From NCBI GenBank assembly GCA_900769475.1, contig CAAGGQ010000110.1, positions 1,173 through 65,172 of the forward strand: 64,000 bases of DNA, given 5' to 3'. Made by a program: the position numbers and the translations under genes. Shown here in pieces: positions 46,532-55,276 of the stretch (position 1 is its first letter; every line of letters starts with the position of its first letter). This DNA comes from Clostridia bacterium (GTDB lineage Bacteria; Bacillota; Clostridia; Oscillospirales; CAG-272). The notes below the pieces were generated by a model. That model worked only from the letters and a program-made list of their open reading frames with translations, was not told the origin of the DNA and did not search any database.

Positions 46532-46790
46532 GGCTATGACGAAGACGGCCGAAAAAGATCGTTTCCAGAGAACCGACGGTTGGTGCGAGTCGGTAACGGG
46601 ATTTTTCAAAGGCCCATCCCTTCCGAGCCGGAAGCCCGAAAGACTGCGAGTAGGCGCTCCCCGTGATTGCTGCGTAAATGCATAAGGATTGTTGGATCCT
46701 GAGTGACGGCGTCTGCCGTAATTTGAGTGGTACCGCGAGTGTTGATTCACCCGTCTCAAAGAAAATCTTTGAGACGGGTATTTTTATTTT
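46532..46790 (+). promoter_or_regulatory. T-box riboswitch leader 1; positional specifier AUC (Ile)
   Basis: The Stem I base has a K-turn (GGC-UAU-GA...GA-GCC), an AGAGA bulge and a GGUUGGUGCGAG distal loop. The T-box sequence AATTTGAGTGGTACCGCG is at about 46720-46737. Terminator CCCGTCTCAAAG..CTTTGAGACGGG plus a T-run is at 46749-46790. The codon at -4..-2 before the base helix is ATC (46616-46618). Confidence 0.8.
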
Positions 46791-46810
46791 CCAAGAGGAG
46801 GAAACAAACC

Positions 46811-49078
46811 ATGGCTACACTGGAAACCCAAAAACTGTTGGAGGTTGCCGGACGTATCCGCGAAATGCGCGAGATCTTTGGCTTTAGTCCCGAGGAAATG
46901 GCGCAAAAAACCGAGGTATCGGTGATCGAATATCAAGAATATGAAAAGGGACGCAAGGACTTCCCCTTTACCTTTATTCATAAATGTGCCCTGGCCTTTG
47001 GAGTGGGCATTACCGACCTCTTGGAGGGTCAGAGTGCCCGCCTGCATTCCTACACCATTACACGCAAGGGTGAAGGGCAGCAAACCGCCAAGGAGGACGG
47101 TATTGAGATCAAAAATCTGGCCCCCCTCTTCCGCAAAAAGATCGCAGAACCCTACTGGGTTCGCTATGAATTCAACGAAGAGCTGCAGAATAAGCCCATT
47201 CATCTGACCAAGCACTCGGGCCAGGAATTCGACTTTGTAATGAAAGGTCGCCTCAAGATCCAGATCGGTGACAACGTAGAATATTTGAGCGAGGGCGACA
47301 GCATCTACTACAACTCCTCCACCCCTCACGGTATGATCGCCGTGGACGGCAGCGAGTGCTTGTTCGTAGCCGTGGTCCTGCCCGGCGAAAACGAGGCCGA
47401 GGAGGTTCTGCGCGATACCATCATCTCTGCGCACTCGGGAGATAAGAAGCTGGTTTGCGCCGACTTTGTGGACACGGTGGAGGACGAGAACGGCTATCCT
47501 CTTTCCATCAACTTCAAAAACGAGGAACGCTTCAACTTTGCCTTTGACGTGGTGGATGCCTTGGCCAAGCGAGAGCCCAACAAGCTGGCCATGATCCACA
47601 TTGATCGGGAAAAGAACGAGCGCCGCTTCACCTTTAACGATATGAAGCGCCGCTCCAATCAGTGTGCCAACTACTTCAAGTCCCTGGGCATCAAGCAGGG
47701 GGATCGGGTCATGCTGGTGCTCAAGCGGCACTATCAGTTCTGGTTCGCGATCCTGGGTCTGCACAAGCTGGGTGCCATCGTCATCCCCGCCACCAACCAG
47801 CTCCAGGAGCACGACTTCGAGTACCGCTTCAATGCGGCCGACGTGAGCGCCATTCTCTGCACCGCCGACGGTGACGTGGCGCATCAGGTGGAGCTGGCCG
47901 CCGCCAAGTGCCCTTCCCTGAAAACCAAGATCCTGGTGGGCGGCGCTCGGGAGGGCTGGAAGTCCTTCGACGAGGAATTCTCCCTCTTCAGCACCCACTA
48001 CTACCGCACCGAGGATACCCCCTGCGGCAGCGATCTGATGCTCATGTTCTTTACCTCGGGCACCACGGGCTACCCCAAGATCGCCGCTCACAACTACAAA
48101 TATCCGCTGGGGCACTACGTCACCGCCAAATACTGGCATGGCGTCAGCTCGGGCGGTCTGCACTTCACCATCTCGGATACCGGCTGGGGCAAGGCTCTGT
48201 GGGGCAAGCTCTACGGCCAATGGCTCTGCGAGGGTGCGGTCTTTACCTATGACTTTGACCGCTTCGACGCCGCCGACATCCTTCCCATGTTCGCCAAATA
48301 CGGCATCACCACCTTCTGTGCTCCTCCCACCATGCTCCGCATGATGGTCAAGGAGGACATCTCCAAATACGATCTCTCCTCGGTGCGCCATATGACCACC
48401 GCGGGCGAGGCACTCAATCCCGAGGTCTACCGTCAATTTGAGGAAGCCACGGGTCTGCAAACCATGGAAGGCTTTGGACAAACCGAGCTGACCCTGACCA
48501 TTGCCAACCTGATGGGTGGCTCCCATAAGCTGGGCTCCATGGGCAAGCCGGTGCCGATCTATGACGTTGACATTGTGGATCCCGACGGCAATCCCGTGGC
48601 CGACGGTGAGGTGGGTGAGATCATTGTTCGCACCGATAAAAAGGTTCCCTGCGGACTCTTTGAGGGCTATTATCGCAATGAGGAAAAGACCCGCGAGGTA
48701 TGGCACGACGGCATGTACCACACCGGCGACACCGCATGGCGGGATGAGGACGGCTTCTATTGGTACGTGGGGCGCGTAGACGACGTGATCAAGTCCTCGG
48801 GCTACCGCATCGGTCCCTTCGAGATCGAGAGCGTGATCATGGAGCTTCCCTACGTGCTGGAATGCGGCGTTTCCGCCGCTCCCGACGAGCTCCGCGGTCA
48901 GGTGGTCAAGGCCAGCATCGTGCTCACCAAGGGTACTCAGCCCTCCGAGGAGCTGAAGAAGGAGATCCAAAACTATGTCAAGCAACACACGGCTCCCTAC
49001 AAGTATCCCCGTATCGTAGTCTTCCGGGATGAGCTGCCCAAAACCATCAGCGGAAAAATCCAACGCAACAAGCTGTAA
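46811..49078 (+). CDS. fusion protein: XRE-HTH + cupin N-terminal module / AMP-forming medium- or branched-chain acyl-CoA synthetase
   Basis: ATG at 46811 follows AGGAGG. Residues 1-~70 are an HTH_3 (FSPEEMAQKTEVSVIEYQEYEKGRKDFPFTFIHKCALAFGVGITDLLEG). Residues ~120-200 are a cupin (HSGQEFDFVMKG...GDSIYYNSSTPHGM). The ligase part has FFTSGTTGYPK, EGFGQTE, YHTGD, GRVDDVIKSSGYRIGPFEIES and SGKIQRNKL. Confidence 0.88.
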   Translation: MATLETQKLLEVAGRIREMREIFGFSPEEMAQKTEVSVIEYQEYEKGRKDFPFTFIHKCALAFGVGITDLLEGQSARLHSYTITRKGEGQQTAKEDGIEIKNLAPLFRKKIAEPYWVRYEFNEELQNKPIHLTKHSGQEFDFVMKGRLKIQIGDNVEYLSEGDSIYYNSSTPHGMIAVDGSECLFVAVVLPGENEAEEVLRDTIISAHSGDKKLVCADFVDTVEDENGYPLSINFKNEERFNFAFDVVDALAKREPNKLAMIHIDREKNERRFTFNDMKRRSNQCANYFKSLGIKQGDRVMLVLKRHYQFWFAILGLHKLGAIVIPATNQLQEHDFEYRFNAADVSAILCTADGDVAHQVELAAAKCPSLKTKILVGGAREGWKSFDEEFSLFSTHYYRTEDTPCGSDLMLMFFTSGTTGYPKIAAHNYKYPLGHYVTAKYWHGVSSGGLHFTISDTGWGKALWGKLYGQWLCEGAVFTYDFDRFDAADILPMFAKYGITTFCAPPTMLRMMVKEDISKYDLSSVRHMTTAGEALNPEVYRQFEEATGLQTMEGFGQTELTLTIANLMGGSHKLGSMGKPVPIYDVDIVDPDGNPVADGEVGEIIVRTDKKVPCGLFEGYYRNEEKTREVWHDGMYHTGDTAWRDEDGFYWYVGRVDDVIKSSGYRIGPFEIESVIMELPYVLECGVSAAPDELRGQVVKASIVLTKGTQPSEELKKEIQNYVKQHTAPYKYPRIVVFRDELPKTISGKIQRNKL

Positions 49079-49118
49079 TTTATTACAAAATAAGGAAAGA
49101 AAAAAATCAAAAATCATA

Positions 49119-49148
49119 TTGACAAATCCCTTTGTTTGTGCTATAATA
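49119..49148 (+). promoter_or_regulatory. promoter of T-box leader 2 (TTGACA-18-TATAAT)
   Basis: TTGACA at 49119-49124 and TATAAT at 49143-49148. Confidence 0.6.
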
Positions 49149-49164
49149 ACACATATTTTAAAAT

Positions 49165-49436
49165 AGCTTTGACGAAGAGTGATACGGGAGCGTGCCCTGC
49201 AGAGAGATGACGGTTGGTGCAAGCTCATCAAAAGCATTCCCCGTGTTTGTAGCTTCTGAGCTGAGAGGAAGAACGCCTATGGCAAGTAGAACCTCTCCGT
49301 GATTGCTGCGTAAAGGCATACGGATTGTACTGATCCTGAGTGGCGGCGTCCTGCCGCAATTTGAGTGGTACCGCGGGTCAACCTGAATTATCAGGCGCTC
49401 GTCTCAAAGTCACATGCTTTGGGGCGAGCGCTTTTT
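49165..49436 (+). promoter_or_regulatory. T-box riboswitch leader 2; positional specifier GUA (Val)
   Basis: K-turn base (AGC-UUU-GA...GA-GCU), AGAGAG bulge and GGUUGGUGCAAG distal loop. The specifier-loop 3' side is GUUUGUAG with GTA at 49249-49251 followed by a purine. T-box AATTTGAGTGGTACCGCG is at about 49358-49376. Terminator GCGCTCGTCTCAAAG..CTTTGGGGCGAGCGC plus TTTTTT is at 49395-49436. Confidence 0.82.
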
Positions 49437-49458
49437 TCGTCCCGGAAAAGGAGTACAT

Positions 49459-51750
49459 ATGGAACAGATCACAGGTCTTGATTACAAAATTCAAGAAATG
49501 GCGCGACGCATTCGGGAATTGCGCGACATCGAGGGCTTTACCCCCGAGGAGATGGCGCAAAAGACCAACGTTTCGGTAGCCGAATACCTGGATTGCGAAA
49601 ACGGCAGAAGCGATTTGAACTTTGCCTTTATCTACCGCTGCGCCATGGCGCTCAAGGTCAACGTGACCGATATCATCGAGGGCTACAGCCCCAAGCTCCG
49701 CTCCTACACCGTTACCCGCAGCGGCAGCGGCCAGGAGATCGCCAAGGCTCACGGAATGACCTACTACAATATGGCCTACGACTTTAAAAACCGTATTGCC
49801 GAGCCTCTGTTCGTTAAGATCGATTACAACGAGAACAGCGCCCATAAGGACATCGAGCTCACCACCCACACGGGTCAGGAGTGTGACATCGTGATCGACG
49901 GTCAGCTCATGGTGCAGATCGGCGAGCACCGGGAGGTGCTGGGTCCCGGGGACAGCATTTATTACAACAGTGAAACGCCCCACGGCATGATCGCCACGGG
50001 CGGTCGGGATTGCACCTTCTACGCCATCGTTCTCAATCCCTCGGGCGAGCCCATTGCCGAGCTCATGCCCACCCAAGCGGTTACCAACGTCAAGGCTGTG
50101 GCCAAGAAGGACGAGAAGGATCGCATCTGGCACAACTACATCGACGTGGTGGAGAGCGAGACCGGACATCCCACCTCCATCACCTTCAAGAACACCGAGC
50201 ACTTTAACTTCGCCTTTGACCTGGTGGACGCCCTGGCCGATCGGGAACCCGAAAAACTGGCCATGCTCCACATTGCCAAGGACAAGACCGAACGCCGCTT
50301 CACCTTCAAGGATATGAAGCGGGAATCCAACCGCTGTGCCAACTACTTTAAGGCCATTGGCATCAAGCGGGGAGATCGGGTCATGCTTATCCTCAAGCGG
50401 CACTACCAGTTCTGGTTCGCCATGCTGGGTCTGCACAAGCTGGGCGCCATCGCCATTCCCGCGGTCAACCAGCTTCAGGAGCACGATCTGGAATACCGCT
50501 TCCAATCCGCCGGAGTTTCGGCCATCGTTTGCACCGCCGACGATGACGTGGCGCATCAGGTGGATCTGGCGGCACGGACCTGCCCCGGTCTCACCAATAA
50601 GATCCTGGTAAACGGCACGCGGGAGGGCTGGAGATGCTTTGACGAGGAATACACCATGTACAGCACCCATTACAACCGCCCTGCGGACGCTCCCGGCGGC
50701 GAGGATCTGATGCTGATGTATTTCACCTCGGGCACCTCAGGCTATCCCAAGATCGCGGCACACAACTACAAATACGTGCTGGGCCACTTCCACACCGCCA
50801 AGTACTGGCACACCGTGGATCCCGACGGCCTGCACTTTACCATTTCGGATACCGGCTGGGCCAAGGCCATGTGGGGCAAGCTCTACGGCCAATGGCTCTG
50901 CGAGGCAGCCACCTTTGTTTACGACTTTGACCGATTTGATGCCGCCGACATCCTTCCAATGTTCGCAAAGCATCACATCACCACCTTCTGCGCACCTCCC
51001 ACCATGCTCCGCATGATGGTAAAGCAGGATATTTCCAAGTACGACCTCTCCTCGGTCCAGCACATGACCACCGCAGGCGAGGCACTGAACCCCGAGGTCT
51101 ACCGTCAATTTGAAAAGCTGACGGGTCTGCAGATCCACGAGGGCTTTGGACAAAGCGAGAGCACCATGATCATTGGTAACCTGGTGGGTGCCCCCCACAA
51201 GATTGGCTCCATGGGCAAGCCGGCTCCCACCTACGACGTTTCCCTGGTGGATGCCGACGGCAATCCCGTCAAGGCCAGCGAGGTGGGTGAGATCGTGGTC
51301 AACATCAAGAACGGGATCCCCTGCGGTCTTGCCGTTGGCTACTATGGTGACGAAGAAAAGACCGCCGAAACCTGGAAGGACGGCCTCTACCACACCGGCG
51401 ACACCGCTTGGCGTGACGAGGACGGCTACTTCTGGTACGTGGGCCGCGTAGACGACGTGATCAAGTCCTCGGGCTACCGCATCGGTCCCTTTGAGATCGA
51501 GAGCGTGATCATGGAGCTTCCTTACGTGCTGGAGTGCGGCGTTTCGGCCGTGCCCGACGAGGTAAGAGGCCAGATCGTAAAGGCCAGCATCGTGCTGGTC
51601 GATGGCACCGAGCCCTCCGAGGATCTGAAGAAGGAAATTCAAACCTACGTCAAAGAAAAGACCGCGCCCTACAAGTACCCCCGTATCGTGGTCTTCCGCG
51701 AGAGCCTTCCCAAAACGGCCAGCGGCAAGATCCAGCGGAACAAGCTGTAA
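49459..51750 (+). CDS. fusion protein: XRE-HTH + cupin N-terminal module / AMP-forming acyl-CoA synthetase (paralog of 46811..49078)
   Basis: ATG at 49459 follows AAAAGGAG. Same architecture and the same ligase motifs (YFTSGTSGYPK, EGFGQSE, YHTGD, GRVDDVIKSSGYRIGPFEIES, SGKIQRNKL). The ligase domain is clearly paralogous to the upstream gene. Confidence 0.88.
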   Translation: MEQITGLDYKIQEMARRIRELRDIEGFTPEEMAQKTNVSVAEYLDCENGRSDLNFAFIYRCAMALKVNVTDIIEGYSPKLRSYTVTRSGSGQEIAKAHGMTYYNMAYDFKNRIAEPLFVKIDYNENSAHKDIELTTHTGQECDIVIDGQLMVQIGEHREVLGPGDSIYYNSETPHGMIATGGRDCTFYAIVLNPSGEPIAELMPTQAVTNVKAVAKKDEKDRIWHNYIDVVESETGHPTSITFKNTEHFNFAFDLVDALADREPEKLAMLHIAKDKTERRFTFKDMKRESNRCANYFKAIGIKRGDRVMLILKRHYQFWFAMLGLHKLGAIAIPAVNQLQEHDLEYRFQSAGVSAIVCTADDDVAHQVDLAARTCPGLTNKILVNGTREGWRCFDEEYTMYSTHYNRPADAPGGEDLMLMYFTSGTSGYPKIAAHNYKYVLGHFHTAKYWHTVDPDGLHFTISDTGWAKAMWGKLYGQWLCEAATFVYDFDRFDAADILPMFAKHHITTFCAPPTMLRMMVKQDISKYDLSSVQHMTTAGEALNPEVYRQFEKLTGLQIHEGFGQSESTMIIGNLVGAPHKIGSMGKPAPTYDVSLVDADGNPVKASEVGEIVVNIKNGIPCGLAVGYYGDEEKTAETWKDGLYHTGDTAWRDEDGYFWYVGRVDDVIKSSGYRIGPFEIESVIMELPYVLECGVSAVPDEVRGQIVKASIVLVDGTEPSEDLKKEIQTYVKEKTAPYKYPRIVVFRESLPKTASGKIQRNKL

Positions 51751-51762
51751 AGGAGCCCGCGG

Positions 51763-52428
51763 ATGAATACAAGCAAGCGCATTACCCTTCTCTGCGGTCA
51801 CTACGGCAGCGGAAAGACCAACGTGGCGGTCAATCTCGCCCTGCGGGAACGAACCCTCTACGAAAAGGTTGCGGTGGCCGATTTGGACATCGTAAACCCC
51901 TATTTCCGTACTAAGGACAGCAGCGCGGAGTTTGAGGCGGCAGGCATTCGCCTGATCTGCTCGGACTACGCCAACACCAACGTGGACATCCCCGCTCTCC
52001 CCCCGGATCTCTACGCCATTACCGACGACAAGAGCATTCGCGTGCTCATCGACGTGGGCGGCGATGATCGGGGTGCCCTTGCCCTGGGACGTCTGGCTCC
52101 CTCCATTTTGGAGGAGGACAGCTATGAGATGCTCATGGTCATCAACGGCTACCGTCCCCTGACCCGGGACGCTGCCTCCACCCTGGAGGTATTGCAGGAG
52201 ATCGAGGCCGCCTGCGGAATCCCATTCACGGGCCTGGTCAACAACTCCAACCTGGGAAACGACACCACCGCCGATGACGTGCTCGCCTCTTTGGCCTACG
52301 CCGAGGAGGTCTCCCGCATCACGGGGCTTCCCGTGGTCATGACCGCCTTCCACGAGGATCTGCTCCCCGCGCTTGGGGATAAGGTTCCTCATCCCTTCCC
52401 TTTGGCACTGCAAAAGAAAATCATATAA
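51763..52428 (+). CDS. P-loop NTPase (MinD/ParA/CooC-like SIMIBI class), unknown role
   Basis: Deviant Walker A LLCGHYGSGKTN and Walker B-like VLIDVGGDD. RBS AAAGGAG. 12-nt gap after the ligase gene with no terminator. Confidence 0.7.
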   Translation: MNTSKRITLLCGHYGSGKTNVAVNLALRERTLYEKVAVADLDIVNPYFRTKDSSAEFEAAGIRLICSDYANTNVDIPALPPDLYAITDDKSIRVLIDVGGDDRGALALGRLAPSILEEDSYEMLMVINGYRPLTRDAASTLEVLQEIEAACGIPFTGLVNNSNLGNDTTADDVLASLAYAEEVSRITGLPVVMTAFHEDLLPALGDKVPHPFPLALQKKII

Positions 52429-52473
52429 ATCATCGATTGACCCCGGCGTCAACCGAAAAAGGAGCGATGTAAT

Positions 52474-52680
52474 ATGGCAAAATTAACCTTTAAGACCGAC
52501 AACTGCAAGGGTTGCGGCCTGTGCGTGGATGCCTGCCCGAAGAAGATCCTTCGCCTGGCCTCCAACAAGATCAACAAAAAAGGACATCATCCGGTAGAAA
52601 TGACAGATGAATCGGCTTGCATTGGCTGTGCCTTCTGCGCCACCATGTGCCCCGATTGTATTATTAAGGTAGAGAGGTGA
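52474..52680 (+). CDS. 2-oxoacid:ferredoxin oxidoreductase delta subunit (2x[4Fe-4S] ferredoxin)
   Basis: 68 aa with CKGCGLCVDACP and CIGCAFCATMCP cluster motifs. Confidence 0.9.
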   Translation: MAKLTFKTDNCKGCGLCVDACPKKILRLASNKINKKGHHPVEMTDESACIGCAFCATMCPDCIIKVER

Positions 52681-52685
52681 TCAAC

Positions 52686-53741
52686 ATGGCAGAAAAAGTA
52701 TTGATGAAGGGCAACGAGGCCATTGCCGAGGCCGCCATCCTTGCGGGATGCCGCCACTACTTTGGTTACCCCATTACCCCCCAAACCGAAATTGCCGCCT
52801 ATATGGCAAAGAAAATGCCCAAGATCGGCGGTACCTTCCTCCAGGCCGAGAGTGAGATCGCGGCCATCAACATGGTCTATGGCGTGGCCTCCACGGGTCT
52901 GCGCGTTATGACTTCCTCCTCCTCTCCCGGAATCTCCCTGAAAAGCGAAGGCCTTTCCTATCTGGCCGGTGCTGATCTGCCCTCTTTGGTTGTAAACGTA
53001 CAGCGCGGCGGCCCGGGTCTGGGCGGTATTCAGCCCAGCCAGTCCGACTACTTCCAGGCCACTCGCGCGGCAGGACACGGCGACTTCCACATGATCGTTC
53101 TGGCTCCCGCCTCGGTGCAGGAGATGGCAGAGCTGACCGTGAAGGGCTTTGAGCTGGCCGACACCTACCGCATGACCTCTATGATCCTGGCCGACGGTAC
53201 CATGGGTCAGATGATGGAGCCCGTGGAGCTGAACTTTGACGTGAAGCCCATGCCCGAAAAGCCCTGGGCCACCACCGGCACCAAGCTGGAGCGCAAGCAC
53301 AACATCGTCAACTCCCTCTCCCTGGTTCCCGAGGAGCTGGAGCAGCTCAACTTTGCCCGCTTTGAGAGATATCGTCAGATCGAAGAAAACGAGCCCATGT
53401 GGGAAGAGTACATGATGGAGGACGCCGAGATCTGCATTGCCGCCTTTGGCATTGCCTCCCGCGTTTCCAAGAACGCCATCAACGAGGCCCGCAAGCAGGG
53501 CATTAAGGTGGGCCTGATCCGTCCCATCACCCTTTGGCCCTTCCCCAAAAAGGCATTCCAAAAGGCCGCTGAGCAGGTGAAGGCATTCATCTCCGTGGAG
53601 CTTTCCATGGGTCAGATGATCGACGACGTCCGCCTGGCCAGCGAATGTAAGGTACCCGTTACTCTGTGCAACCGTGCGGGCGGTATGATTCCCTCCCCCG
53701 AGCAGGTACTGGCAGAAATTAAAAAGGTTGCAGGAAAGTGA
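52686..53741 (+). CDS. 2-oxoacid:ferredoxin oxidoreductase alpha subunit (VorB/KorA-like)
   Basis: KGNEAIAEAAILAGCRHYFGYPITPQTEI N-terminus is typical of OFOR alpha subunits. ATG at 52686 follows GAGAGGTGA. Confidence 0.88.
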   Translation: MAEKVLMKGNEAIAEAAILAGCRHYFGYPITPQTEIAAYMAKKMPKIGGTFLQAESEIAAINMVYGVASTGLRVMTSSSSPGISLKSEGLSYLAGADLPSLVVNVQRGGPGLGGIQPSQSDYFQATRAAGHGDFHMIVLAPASVQEMAELTVKGFELADTYRMTSMILADGTMGQMMEPVELNFDVKPMPEKPWATTGTKLERKHNIVNSLSLVPEELEQLNFARFERYRQIEENEPMWEEYMMEDAEICIAAFGIASRVSKNAINEARKQGIKVGLIRPITLWPFPKKAFQKAAEQVKAFISVELSMGQMIDDVRLASECKVPVTLCNRAGGMIPSPEQVLAEIKKVAGK

Positions 53742-53752
53742 GGCATGGAACC

Positions 53753-54508
53753 ATGGTAGTATTTGATAAACCCCACGCATTGGCAGATATGCCCTTGCAT
53801 TATTGCCCCGGTTGCACCCACGGCATCATCCACCGCCTGGTGGCAGAGGTCATGGACGAGCTGGGAATTGAAGGAAAGACCATTGGCATCGCCCCCGTGG
53901 GATGCTCGGTAATGGCCTACAATTATTTCAACTGTGACATGATCGAGGCGGCCCACGGACGGGCTCCCGCCATTGCCACCGGCGTAAAGCGCGCCAATCC
54001 CGAGAACATCGTGTTCACCTATCAGGGTGACGGCGACCTGGCCTCCATTGGTATGGCAGAAACGGTGCACTCCGCCGCCAGAAACGAGAACATCACCGTG
54101 ATCTTCGTAAACAATGCCATTTACGGTATGACCGGCGGTCAGATGGCTCCCACCTCCCTCCCCGGACAGATCACCCAGACCTCTCCCTACGGCCGTGACG
54201 TAAATCATTGCGGCTATCCCATCCGCGTTTGCGAAATGCTCTCTCAGCTGGAAAGCCCTCAGTACCTGGAGCGCGTGACTGTGAACAGTGTAAAGAACAT
54301 CAAGAACGCCAAGAAGGCGATCAAGAAGGCCTTCCAGAACCAGATCGACGGCAAGGGCTTCTCCCTGGTCGAGGTTCTCTCCACCTGCCCCACCAACTGG
54401 GGTATGACACCTCAGGCGGCGCTGAAGTGGATCGATGATAAGATGATCCCCTACTATCCTCTGGGCGTTTACAAGGACAAATCCGCACAACAGGAGGAAA
54501 GCAAATGA
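53753..54508 (+). CDS. 2-oxoacid:ferredoxin oxidoreductase beta subunit (TPP-binding)
   Basis: HYCPGCTHGI Cys motif and the GDGD...N TPP-binding region (YQGDGDLASIG...NNAIYGMTGGQ). A start at 53738 (GTG) is the alternative. Confidence 0.88.
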   Translation: MVVFDKPHALADMPLHYCPGCTHGIIHRLVAEVMDELGIEGKTIGIAPVGCSVMAYNYFNCDMIEAAHGRAPAIATGVKRANPENIVFTYQGDGDLASIGMAETVHSAARNENITVIFVNNAIYGMTGGQMAPTSLPGQITQTSPYGRDVNHCGYPIRVCEMLSQLESPQYLERVTVNSVKNIKNAKKAIKKAFQNQIDGKGFSLVEVLSTCPTNWGMTPQAALKWIDDKMIPYYPLGVYKDKSAQQEESK

Positions 54509-55038
54509 GCACCCAAAACTATCTCCTCTCGGGCTTTGGCGGACAGGGCATCCTGTTCTCCGGCAAATTCCTGGCCTACAAGGGCCTGACCGCGGGTAAG
54601 CAGGTGAGCTGGCTCCCCTCCTACGGTCCCGAAATGCGCGGCGGTACCGCCAGCTGCAGCGTGATCGTGAGCGACGAGCCCGTGGGCTCTCCCATCGTAT
54701 CCAATCCCGACATTCTGGTGGCCATGAACCTGCCCTCCTTTGATAAGTTTGAGGCCAGCGTGGTGCCCGGCGGCATGATCTTTGCCGATTCCACCCTCAT
54801 TGAGCGGAAATCTGAGCGCACCGACGTAACCGTGCACTACATTCCCGCAACCCAGCTGGCCAGCGACAACGGCTTTCCCACTCTGGCCAACATGATCATT
54901 GTTGGTAAGATCCTCAAGGAGCTGGGCGAATTCGACGAGGACGCCCTGCGCGTAGCCCTTGGCAAGGTCATCTCCGCCAAGCGTGCCGACATGCTGGAAA
55001 CCAACCTCAAGGCCATGAAGATCGGCGCGGAATATTAA
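54505..55038 (+). CDS. 2-oxoacid:ferredoxin oxidoreductase gamma subunit
   Basis: LLSGFGGQGILFSGKFLA N-terminus and SYGPEMRGGTA motif. ATGA overlap with the beta subunit. Confidence 0.88.
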   Translation: MSTQNYLLSGFGGQGILFSGKFLAYKGLTAGKQVSWLPSYGPEMRGGTASCSVIVSDEPVGSPIVSNPDILVAMNLPSFDKFEASVVPGGMIFADSTLIERKSERTDVTVHYIPATQLASDNGFPTLANMIIVGKILKELGEFDEDALRVALGKVISAKRADMLETNLKAMKIGAEY

Positions 55039-55276
55039 GCGGAATATTAGAAGGATGCGTTTTTGTCAGAACCTTTTTTGGAAAAAAGGTTCCGACACCT
55101 CCAAAAAACTTCCCTAACAGTTTTTATAAATCAACCGGGATGTTCCGTCTCCTTTCCACAGGTACTCCCGATAGCGGTTAGGGACCACTACCCTAACCGC
55201 TCCAAAAAGTTAGTTTCATTCAAGACGATATTTTTAGTTCGATTTTAAAGAACAAACAGAAAGAAGATTACGTAAA

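Noticed and set aside
46784-52452. Very long minus-strand ORFs (46784..49237, 49378..50670, 50737..52452) opposite the ligase and P-loop genes
   Set aside because: These are antisense shadows of well-supported plus-strand genes. Their translations are repetitive (G/V/H/L/A) and lack recognisable domains or start signals.
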